DNA of 64,000 nucleotides from Cercozoa sp. M6MM. Taxonomy: Eukaryota > Protista > Endomyxa: Ascetosporea. This document shows positions 51,501 to 62,047 of the stretch, one piece after another; the stretch's first letter is position 1, and every line of letters starts with the position of its first letter. A model generated the notes under the pieces. That model was given only the letters and a program-made list of their open reading frames with translations. It had not been told where the DNA came from and made no database searches. A program made the translations under genes and the position numbers. The DNA lies in assembly GCA_040357565.1 (NCBI GenBank), contig JBDODJ010000001.1; one strand, written 5' to 3'.

Positions 51501-54500
51501 AGTGCCGCACTCACGCTGGCCACGACGCAGCTGCTGTCGCACCTGTGCGCCGCCAGTGCCGTCAAAACCCTGCGTCACCCGGACCTCCTGTCGCGCTGCC
51601 TTGCACCGCTCCGTGCGCAGATGACCAAGCTTCGTGTACTCTCCACTCCCCGAACCTTAACATTTTAAACCTCACTATCTCTATGCGCAGGAGCAAGTGA
51701 TGCTGGCCAAGCACACTAACCAAGACGCTTCGCTCCTGGAGCAGAACGAAACGCGCCTAAAGCAACTCGAAAAGGCGTCCGGCGACTTCTGCCGCGCCGT
51801 GCTGGGCGCCACGCACCTCTTTGTCGGTACTTTCAGACATTTTTATCTTTTGCAGGGTTTACTGACAGCTTTGATTTAGATCAAGTCGAGTTGAGCGAAG
51901 TGACGAAACTGTGTGCGCGCGGACAGGAGCAACAACACGTCGTGAGCACCTGCGCTGCTCTCGCGACGCGACAGCTGCGGCACTGCATGCCTGATGGCGC
52001 CCAGCAAGCCTACTCGCCGGTTGTGCTGAATCTGCTGAGATGGATCCGACATGTGACACCAGGTGTGCAAACCGACCAAGACAGCGTCTGGCACATCGAG
52101 GGCCTCTGTGGGCACGGTATCTAAGCTTTTTGGCGTGTCTTTGGTTTTTTGTTTTCTTTTCCGGTGTTTGTTGTTTTTGTTTTGAGGTGAGGTTGAGGTT
52201 GAGGTGGGATGTATGACATGTGGAGCAGAGGAGGTGCTCCCGGACGTGCTGGAGACAGTGGCGACGCTGTTGTGTCGCGCGTTGCGACCGCAGCAGCTGG
52301 CTCAGCGTGTTGCAGTGGCACTCGAGTTCGCGCAGTTCGAGAAGTCGTCACTGTGGACATGCCACGACGTGAGGTCATTGGCCACCGCTCTAAAGCAGCC
52401 GTTTGTGACAGTCTCGGTGCGTTTTCTTTGCAAGAGAAGTGTGTTTGCCAGGAATACTCGAAACGAGTATTGTTGACAGGACGAAGAACTGCTGAAGCAC
52501 GTGGAGAACAAGAAGAGCGCCAAGAAGCTGCGCAGTCTGCTGTCGCTGGTGTGCCACAGTCTGCGCGCCGACGGTGTCGCCGACAGTGTCACGAGTGATC
52601 AAGTGATCGACGACGGTGTGATCGCGTCGGTGACACGTGCGATCGCACGCAGCAGCGGTGCCGACGAAAGCAGCAAGGCCACGTGGCAGCTGCACTGGCT
52701 GACACGCGTGGTGTCACTGCAGGCACGTGCTATCACCGTCGTGCTGTCGGTGTCGCACGAGGTGGCCGCGCAGGTACTGGACAGAACGGTCGAGACGACG
52801 ACGGAACCGTCGCAGTACCTGGCGCAGTACCTGCCGCAGCACGCGTCGCCCAGCCTGAGTGACACGCTGCTACGGCTGTTTGCGCACGTGCGTGACGCCA
52901 GTCTGTTGGCACGTGTCGCCTCGCAGCTGTCGCGTCAGTTGCTGCAGGAGCGACGCACTGGCAAATCACTGGGTAGACCCTGTTCCTATCCCACCCGCAC
53001 CCTATTCCTACCTACCCTCTAACCTACCTACCTATCCTCCTAACTCTACCGACCATGTACCCCGTACCCTCAGCACTCACGACACTGAAGCGCAAGTACT
53101 GCGTCGTGTTTGACGCCTTCCTGCGCTGCGACAAGGCGCATCGGTACGTGAAGGGACTGCGTGCCACGGTGCGCTTCCTGGCCGTGTCGCTGCTGGACGC
53201 TGCCACGGGTACTCCCTCCGCTACGACGGCTTGACTTGCCTTTGTTTCTGACACGTGTTCGCTGAGTGCAGCACACGCCAAGTGGGCCAAGAAACCGTCG
53301 CGGCAGCGCAAGCTGGAGGCGCGTCTGCAGTACCTGACCCGAGTAATCGCGACACTGGTGACGGTTGATATCGCCGGTATCATCGACTCTGACACTAACG
53401 GTGACACTGACACTGACACTGACGGTGACACTGACACGAGTGAGTGCGACGGTGTCGAGGTGCTGCGTCGCGTGCTGGCGTGCCGACACGTGCACAGCGA
53501 CACCGTCTTCGAGTTCTGCGCGCTGCTGATCGATCTCAGCGGGCACGTGGTTGACCGGTCGCTGACGGTGTCACTGTGCGACCTGTACACTGACAGCAAC
53601 CGTGCCTGTACTGACACTGACAAGAACTCCGATACTGACAAGCACCCCGACACTGATACTAACACTGACACTGACACTGACCTTGTCGGCACCGTCAACA
53701 GCAGCGTGGCCGTGCTGCTGCCACGTGTCTACTGCGTCAGTGGCGGCGACACCGAGCTGAGCGACCGCGTGCTGGACATTGCGCTGTGCCACTTTGGCGC
53801 CACGCTATCGCGCAACGACACGCTCGTGTGGCGGCGTCTGCTGGCGCCGTCCGCCGGTATGCAGCTGAGCACTGTGATTCCGCGGGTGACCACTGACGGT
53901 AACAGTGCGACCAGTGACCATGCGACCAGTGACCATGCGACCAGTGACAGTGCGACCACTGACGGTGACAGTGCAACCACTGACGGTGACACTAGTGGCG
54001 ACGGTGTCTTTCTGTTTGACGCGGAATTCGAGAGCGACGACGTCGAGCGCGTGCTGCGGCAGTACGCATCACTGGCGCGACCGTTCGGCCACGCGCGCCG
54101 CCGCCGCTTGGCCGGCGACGACTTCCTGTGGCGCGTCTTTGAGCGCCGCCGCCTCCAGCAGGCGCAGCCTTCGCACAATGCTGCGGTACATCACTTTGTG
54201 CCTGTGCGTGTGTCTGTGCGTGTGCGTGTTGTTTGTTTGTTTGTTTGTTTGTTTGTTTGTTTGTTTGTTTATTTGTTTTTCGATTGATGTGTTTATTTAT
54301 GGGTTTGTGTTAATTTTTTTATGTTTTGTTTATTTGCTTGTTTGTTGATATATTTATGTGTTTATTTGCTGTTTTTAATTGATTTATTTATATTTTTATC
54401 TGTGTCTTGATTTGTTTGTTCATTTGCTTGTTTGTTTGTTTAGCTATTTAGACGTATTCGTTTTGTTTGAGTAGGGCGACAGGAGGTATAACCTGCCGCT

Positions 54501-55885
54501 GGTGCTGCGACTGGCCTTTGTGGCGCTGTGCCGATCGCTCGATGTGACGCGCTTCGCCGAGAGTCGTCTGCTGAGTGCGACGGTGCTGGCACTGGCCGAT
54601 CACTGCGAGGTTACGCGACACCTGGCTCTGAGAGTGCTGTCGCTGCTGCGAATCGTGCTGGCGTGGCGACAGGTAGATAGCCCTACCCCTACCCCTACCC
54701 TACCCCTACCCCTGCCCCTACCCCTACACTACCCTACTGCTGACCCTGTGTACACAGGCGATTGACGAACACGACACGGATGCCGAGTTCGAATTTAGTG
54801 GGTACCCCTCTCTCGCCCTCTCTTTGTAGGCATGTGGATGCTGGTGCAATGTGTCACAGCGGCTCGGCGCACCGACCGCGACCGGTTCAGTGCCGTCCGG
54901 TGGTGCAGCAAGCGGTCGACATGCTGCGCAACTCGGTGCAGCAGGGCCGCACTCGACTTCCGTCGCTGTGTCTGTCGGCGTGGTGTCATGCCGTCATTCT
55001 GGTGCTCAAGGGCGGTCGCATGTACCTGCCGGCACAGGTACCTGTCCGCGCGGCTGTGGCAGACAAGCAGGAGGGTGACCCGTCGACCACCTTGTTCACT
55101 GCTGCCGGTCGTTTCTGCTGCCGCGACGTGGTGCTGCACTCGCGCGAGGTGCCGCTTTTCGACCGACTCTTTCTCAACTCGGCGGCGCAGGTGCCTTGTC
55201 TTGTCTTAACTCTTTCCTTTACCCCTTCACTTTCCCCCCCCCCCCCCGCAGGTGCGAACAGTGGCACAGCACCGACTATGTCGCCGCGCGGCGCTGCAGA
55301 TCGTGCGCGACGCCGTGTCGTCGCACTCGGCCAAGGACTTTGTGGTGCTGCGGCAGTGCCGTGCGTTGGAGGCGCTCATCAACGCGCTGTACACGCGGGA
55401 GGACGCCTCGGAGACGCAGCTAGTGTGTGTCATTATGGTACGCTTCTCTGCCACTGTTCCCTTTCCTTGGTGGTACTGCTGTCTCTACCTGGCAGAGCCA
55501 CCTGTGTCAAGGACGCTTCGCACGCAATGAACTGCTCGACAAGCACGCCTTCCTTCCAATGCTGCGCGCTCTTCTTTCTTCGCTCTGTGCCGGTACTGCT
55601 GCTCTGTATATGTGCATGTGCTAATGTACGAGCGTACAAACAGAGACGCCGTCGACTGGCACGGAGCAAGCCTTGCGGGCTGCACTCGGTCTCGCGCAGT
55701 CGCTGCTGCACGCGCTGCTGCGCGATACGACGCGACGCAACTCACCGCTCGTACTGCCGCAGCTGCAAGCATTGCGACAGACGGTGCTGTCGTTGCGACA
55801 GACGCCGCACGGCTCGAGCAGCGACACGACGAAACGCGTTGTTGCCATCGAGTCGCTTTTCGTCGCGCTTCAATACTCGTACTGA
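48582..55885 (+). CDS. URB1: Nucleolar pre-ribosomal-associated protein 1 (URB1/Npa1)
   Basis: N-terminal LLFQYLASSPSCREIEQ (Npa1 pattern). C-terminal NopRA1 blocks YNLPLVLRL...LDVTRFAESRLLSATVLALADHCEVTRHLALRVL, VDMLRNSVQQGRTRLPSL and EVPLFDRLFLNS. Many short introns. Confidence 0.8.
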
Positions 55886-56231
55886 TCATAGCGGAGCTCC
55901 TAGTACGGCTTGGTGCATAGCTATGGTTCGGTTTGAAATACGATACCTGCGACCAACCAACGCGACGCGAGACCCTAGGGCCTACCGTACCAGAGGAAGA
56001 TGATGAATGAAGCAGCTAGTAGAGTTTTTTGGTGACCTAATTGGACCCACTAAAGATACTCAGACGTGTGCACACACTACAAGGAAGCGCTAGAGCAGCC
56101 GAGTAGATCGATAAGCAGCACGCACCGACCTGACGCGCAAGAAGCCGAAAGACGCCAGACAACCTCAGGTATACTCTAGTGGCATACCTGGGAAACATGG
56201 CACGCGCTGGGCTCCTAAGGGCTCGCGTGTC

Positions 56232-57341
56232 ATGGAAGACTTTTTGTTTGTGTTTGTTTGTGTGTTTTTCGGCTTCCCAACTTGTCATCAGATCATTGGC
56301 CTCACAGCCACCTCTGGCCTCACCGCCACCACTGGTCTCACCACCAACTCTGGCTTCACCGCCACCACTGGTTTCATCACCAACCCTGGCTTCACCGCCT
56401 CCTCTGGCCTCACCGCCACCACTGGTTTCACCACCAACCCTGGCTTCACCGCCACCNNNNNNNNNNTCATCACCAACTCTGGCTTCACCGCCACCACTGG
56501 TTTCACCACCAACTCTGGCCTCACCGCCACTACTGGTTTCACCACCAACGCTAGCCTCACCGCTGCACCTGGCTTAACCGCCTCCTTTCGGCCTGACGGC
56601 CCAACACGACCTTCGGGTCCATACTGGCGTATGCAAAATCGTCACCAATGGTTTCACCACCAAACGACTCCTTCGGGACTCCACCGTTGGTATTTCTACC
56701 AACCATGCCGGTTTAATACCCGCAAAGGCCTAACACCCAACCCCGGCTTAACCGCCAACTTTCGCTTAATTGCCAACAACGGCCTCAGTGCCACCCCCCA
56801 CTCTGGCCTCACCGCCACAACTGGTTTCACCACCAACTCTGGCTTCACCGCCACCACTGGTTTCATCACCAACCCTGGCCTCACAGCCACCTCTGGCCTC
56901 ACCGCCACCACTGGTTTCACCACCAACTCTGGCTTCACCGCCACCACTAGTTTCATCGTTAATTATCATTGCTTTACGGCAAGGGCCAGTGCCAACGGGC
57001 TTAGGGCCTCTTACAACCATGCTCGCTTCAAAGCCAGCAACGGCGCAACACCCAACCCCGGCCCCAGTCTGATCAATGCCACTTTGCGTGAACTCTGTTT
57101 GATACGCCCAACTAGGAGCTTCTGCGACCAAGCGGCGCGGAGATTCCGCCAACGACCCACCGAGTTCACAGCAACAATGACACAATCTAAACAACACCTT
57201 GATGAGCAACTAACGTCGCTTGCACCCACTAAAAACCAACGAATCTTTAAACCAACCAGACGAGAACCCTATGGACCAAACCCGCCAACTAGGCACAACC
57301 TCCAAAACCACTACCAAAAATACACCCCAAGTGATGGTTAG
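56232..57341 (+). CDS. Retroposon-borne ORF (369 aa) with hydrophobic N-terminus and GFTATT/GFTTNS hexapeptide repeats
   Basis: Longest open frame across the 18-bp minisatellite (two blocks, about 56298-56570 and 56800-56950). Spans a 10-N gap (56457-56466), so continuity is not proven. Confidence 0.45.
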   Translation: MEDFLFVFVCVFFGFPTCHQIIGLTATSGLTATTGLTTNSGFTATTGFITNPGFTASSGLTATTGFTTNPGFTATXXXXITNSGFTATTGFTTNSGLTATTGFTTNASLTAAPGLTASFRPDGPTRPSGPYWRMQNRHQWFHHQTTPSGLHRWYFYQPCRFNTRKGLTPNPGLTANFRLIANNGLSATPHSGLTATTGFTTNSGFTATTGFITNPGLTATSGLTATTGFTTNSGFTATTSFIVNYHCFTARASANGLRASYNHARFKASNGATPNPGPSLINATLRELCLIRPTRSFCDQAARRFRQRPTEFTATMTQSKQHLDEQLTSLAPTKNQRIFKPTRREPYGPNPPTRHNLQNHYQKYTPSDG

Positions 57342-57583
57342 AATAGGAGAAAAACGAAACAGAGCCTTGGCTGATATACAAGGAGCAGAGAGCGTAAACA
57401 ACCGCAATAAAAGAACAAGACACGCAGAAAATATCAGAGAAGAGAGAGACCACCCAAACGACGAGATCGAGATACCAGGTATGAGAGAGATTGGAATAGA
57501 AACCTATGAGAGTGATGACAACAATGACAACGATCGTCACATTGATGAGATAGTTATACCCGACATGAGAGAAATAGGCCTAG

Positions 57584-58187
57584 AAGCATACACGAAACAA
57601 CAAAAACAATGAACCGCAACGCCCTCTCAGAAGGGCCAGAGCCAGAGCTCTACAGAAAACACACGTCAGAAACCCCTGGAAACATATCAGGAACTCAAAC
57701 AAACTCCTCAGAATAGCCAAAGAGCGCAAACTCAGCATCGCAGACATCCGCACACTCTCAAGATTCCTCTGCAACAGACTTGGAAGCTTCAAGTACTACA
57801 ACTACGCCCAAATACCACGAAAGTGCAATGAATGCAATGCCAGAGGCAGACTCAGGACTCCCAACTGCAAGGGATGCAAACAACGACTACAAAAACGGGA
57901 AGTAAGCGAGTGCCCCGACTGCGCGGGTACCTGGGAAAATGCAGAAGACACTCTAGACACGTACCACCGATTGCTGGAATGCAAGGTAACGGAAGCTATC
58001 AGAAACAACACCAATGCAGCTCAGTGGCGCACAATTGAAGACATACTGGCTGGCTAACCCTGAGAACCTAGCAACACTCAACAGAATGCATCAAGGCACC
58101 AAGATCTCCTGGGACGAGGAAGCAACTGTCGAAGGACAACCAGCCTCCCAGCAGGCAATGAACCGAGAGGTCCCCGACATAGACTAG
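57584..58187 (+). pseudogene. Remnant of LINE ORF2 C-terminal Cys/His domain, frameshifted
   Basis: ATG-less frame 57584-58057: ...IRTLSRFLCNRLGSF...KCNEC...NCKGC...ECPDCAGTWENAEDTLDTYHRLLECKVTEAIR...IEDILA. A TGGC duplication near 58047-58054 shifts the frame, which otherwise runs NPENLATLNRMH...VPDID* to 58187. Cx2C...Hx4C is the typical C-terminal knuckle of APE-type LINEs. Confidence 0.7.
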
Positions 58188-58817
58188 GCCACCACTCACA
58201 GCAGTGGTGGCCCTAAGTCTATGTCCGTTTGCTTGTTTTGTTTAGGAATCGAGTGGAGAGACGGGAGGACGACGACGGGACGACCCGACGCGGCCTGCGA
58301 CGCCTCTCTACTTGTAGCCCGCTACCTGCACCAACCATGAAGTCGACTTCGGTGTCTGGGGAACGTCAAAAGGGGAGTTGTATGGTCCTACCCTAAGCGG
58401 GCGGTAGACACGGCCATGCTCTTGTGACCCACCCCAGACTGGTGCAGGGGAACTACATAGTTGGTTTCCTAGAAGACTCAACTAACTAACGAATGAAGCA
58501 GCTACGATTGGAATGAAGCAGATGAGAACAATCCATTGATACCGCAGCCCTCTCAGATAGGGATCAGGCCTTGGTAAATTCAGGGTACTTTGCCAGTGAT
58601 ACAAAAAAACTAAGGAACGTAAGAGTGGTTAAGTGTCAGTTTGAAAGAGTGAGTTGCCCCAACGGTCCAGTTGGGCGGCAAAGCACTGGTGGACGGGAAA
58701 GTCACCCGTCAGGTGTTTTTCCTGTAGAAAGGACAGCCAGTTAAAGGGTTCTTGAGACCGAAAGGCGTCGTCAGAACTGAGTAGTGAGGGTTCAGAAGTA
58801 CTTGAGTTGGCGTGAAG

Positions 58818-58898
58818 CAAAGAAAGAAGAGAGAAGAAGTAGGAAGAAGGAAGAAGGAAGAAGGAAGAAGGAAGAAGGAAGAAGGAAGAAGGAAGAAG
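58818..58898. repeat. Polypurine (GGAAGAA)n tandem repeat
   Basis: About eight copies of a 7-bp unit. Confidence 0.9.
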
Positions 58899-59876
58899 GG
58901 CCTCTGGAAAGGCAGAGGACGGGTAGAAGCGGAGACAACTGGTCCTGGAGAGACAAGGCTTCCCTACTCAAACACAGGTGTTCCACAGTCTGGACTGAAG
59001 CTCTCAGAGGTCAGGATACCAGTGAGCACACGTCCAAATCTTCCACACCTCTCTTGAGGATTTTTGTAAGTTGTAGGGTTGCTTTCGCGCGGATACAGTA
59101 GCTCATGCTGTAACATCCCGCCCCTCCAAGGTCGCACGGCGCAGTGCTCTGAGCGAGCTGAAGTTTCGTGTTTTTCGATGTATTCGCGCCAACCACGTTG
59201 CGTCGCCATCAGGCTCGAACTGGACCTTGTAACTTACTCAGGAGGAGAATCCGCGAGGAGCCGTTTTTCGATGATTCGGGGTATGGATCGTACCAGCCGC
59301 TTCCGCGCTCTTTTGGCACAGCACGTTTTGACGAACTGTCCGACAGCGACCCGCTGTTCAATGACTGCGCATTTCGACAGTTGTGCACGGATTTTGAAGC
59401 CACACGTGCACGGCAGTGATATCGATGGATGGAACGACGGTTAGGTTGCAGTTTCGGTTTGTAGGTATTTATACCTTGAATAACGTTGCCATATTTTGCT
59501 TTATTGTCCATGATTTCTGTACTGTAGGCAATGCGCAACTGTGGCCAGGTATTCACGTTCAGTCACTCCAAATCCGAGACTCTTTAATTACAACAGAGGC
59601 GAAGTGCAGCGGCGCGGTACCGTACATGCAGCGTACTGTACAGGGAGTAGTTGCAATTTAGTTGGTTTTTGTGGATTGAGCTATCTTACTGACTCGACTA
59701 GCGCACGGTAAGTTTAGATTGAGGACTCCTAAAATACCGAAAGATCTAGACTGAACACGGTAGGCACAAGCGTAGCTAAATTCACAGTAGTCTAAACGGT
59801 CAAGTTGATTCCATGCGGGGAGGAACGCTCGTTCTCCTCGGCTTTCAGACAGTTTGTCAGAGGCGATGTGGCTCAT

Positions 59877-61361
59877 TTAAGCCTGTGGGAGTACAGTAAC
59901 ACAAAATGAACAACAAGTGATCATGAGATGTCAGATGCATACCCCGCCGTTCATGCACACCGACGGCGGGCACGCGTGTGCGTATTGCTCACAGCCCTCG
60001 CTACAGTTCAAGCGGAATGCACTTTAACAGAACACAGGAAAGACAGCTTACCCATCGTTGCAGTAGTCGAAGGGCGCGACCTCCATCGTGGCCATGTTGA
60101 TGCACTACTCTCGGAGGAACATGAAAGGGCACAGTATAGAGGTACAAAGGGACATGGACATAAAACGAGGTGTGTGAAAGGGAGGCACCTCGAAGCGTTG
60201 CAGAATGGCGCAACTCGCATCACCGCCGACGGCCACAACATTCGGCTCGTCGAGACGGTCGGCGCAGGTGCCGTCGATCTCGCTGGCACGGCACACGAGA
60301 CCGCCCGGGCACTCGCGAATGTCACACGACGTGGTGCGGAAGACGTTCATGTCGCCGCAACGCTCTAGACGCTCGCAGTCGCCGTTGAGGTAGCAGCCGT
60401 GCACCTCGACCCAGCCGGCGGGACAGCTCGGGTCGACTGTGACAGTCGGCTCCGGCGTAGTCGGTTCAGCTGTGGTCGGCTCAGCTGTCGTCGGCTCTGC
60501 AGTGGTCGGCTCTGCAGTGGTCGGCTCTGCGGTGGTCGGTTCGGCAGTTGTGGGCTCTGCAGTTGTGGGCTCTGCAGTTGTGGGCTCTGCAGTTGTGGGC
60601 TCTGCAGTGGTCGGCTCAGCAGTTGTGGGCTCTGCAGTCGTCGGAGCAGGAGTAGTCTCACTCGGACAGCTGCCATCGGCACACGCGAGCACCACGGGCG
60701 GACAGCCGTTGCCCATGTTGCAGTCGCTTAGAGGGCCATCGTCTGTCATTTTGCAAGTCACAGTACGGTGTAGGGGGAGGGCAGGCAGTGGGGGTACAAT
60801 AGTAAAGCACAGTTACATTCCTCCATGGCGTCGAGGTTGTAGCAACCGAAGCGCTGAAGGGCAGCACAAGCCGGGTCGTCACCGAACGGACCAGTGGCAA
60901 TGTTGGTGCCCTCCTCGTTAAGGTACTCGGTACGGTCTAGGCACATCGCGTCTTCAATGCCAAGTTCGATTCCAAGACACACAAGAGCGCCCGGACATTC
61001 CGTCGGAGCGCAGCTGCTAATCACGAGTTCTCCCGTCGAAGAACAGCCTAAGTGCAACGTTCAGCTGGCAGTTGTACCAGTTATTCTAGCAGAGTGAGAT
61101 ATGAAAGTCTAAGCGTACGGTCAATGCGCTCGCAGGAACCGTTGATGTGACACGGTTGACGGTTCTCCCACTGCAAGAAAAAGAAAGGCGATGATTGTGA
61201 GCTCGATAAGGAAGGTCGAAGTCAACGATTCGGACTTGAGTCAGAGTGATAAAATGAATCTAAGGCTAGACTACCTCGCCTTCCGGACAGTCTTCTGCAG
61301 GCGGGAACGATGACAACTGAGCAGTTGCACCGACAACCAACACCGAAAGCAGCAGTTTCAT
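59877..61361 (-). CDS. Secreted Cys-rich protein with central PTTAE mucin-like repeat
   Basis: Signal peptide MKLLLSVLVVGATA. Two homologous Cys-rich modules (SSCAPTECPGALVC...MCLDR...DPACAALQRF and TSCDIRECPGGLVC...TCADR...DASCAILQRF) flank about 13 copies of a 15-bp PTTAE repeat (about 60445-60650). Confidence 0.8.
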
Positions 61362-61619
61362 GGTCACAGGGTGGATCAGATCTGAGGTTGTGACGAGAGA
61401 GTTGGGACGCAAGTGGTCTACTAGTGAAGCGAGAGTGACAAACAATGCAAAAACACTTTGAAAGTGAGAGGAACAGATATACCGCCGGTCGAACACTTGT
61501 CCGTGCACATGCTTCGGTCTGTACCGAGGCACGGAAGCTGTACACCCGAGCGGTTGTTCGGACATCACTCACAACAAGATGACCGTTGCCGTAATTTACA
61601 GTATCAATGTAAATTCGCT

Positions 61620-61750
61620 AGTTCAGTCGACTAAGAAGCCAACGATGTAGCTCTCCGCACCAGTCCTGGGGGTGGGTCACAAGCGCATAGCTGTAATCAA
61701 CGGCCCGCTTCGGGGGCCATCCAACTCCCCTTTTTAAGTCCCGCAAGATA
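61620..61750 (-). mobile_element. Diverged 3'-end copy of the retroposon family
   Basis: GTAGCTCTCCGCACCAGTCCTGGGGGTGGGTCACAAGCGCATAGC...CCCGCTTCGGG...CCATCCAACTCCCCTTTT aligns with 43680-43768. No clear TSD found. Confidence 0.7.
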
Positions 61751-62047
61751 TCTGCTTCAATGTGTTTCCCACGACGACAAGATTAACGTCATGGTTCTTC
61801 AATTGGGAGTGTCCGGTCATAGTTAAGACTAGTGCAGGTGCAAACCTAAGTGACGCACCCTGGCAGTGTATCATGCAGGACCGGTACAGCCGAGCCACAC
61901 TACGCTAGCGTAGTATTACCACATGATTGGTTTCATACGTTAGGTAGCATAGTACGGCAACCGAAACTAACTACTGCAGATTTGACTAGTACGAACTAAC
62001 ATAACGTAAGCGCAAACTGCAGGTTCCGCAAGCGAAGGTCGTTCATG

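Larger units (their letters stand above)
56019..58490 (+). mobile_element. Non-autonomous (RT-less, internally deleted) non-LTR retroposon, about 2.47 kb
   Basis: 14-bp TSD GAATGAAGCAGCTA (56005-56018 and 58491-58504), 3' tail CAACTAACTAAC, intronless A/C-rich sense strand unlike host genes, CCHC-type ORF2 C-terminal remnant, and 3' end repeated elsewhere in the window. Confidence 0.85.

Noticed and set aside
43641-58490. ~165-bp inverted repeats at 43641-43808 and 58328-58490 as TIRs of a 15-kb DNA transposon carrying C1D and URB1
   Set aside because: Each repeat belongs to an insertion with its own distinct TSD and retro-type tail. The enclosed genes are ordinary housekeeping genes and no transposase is visible.
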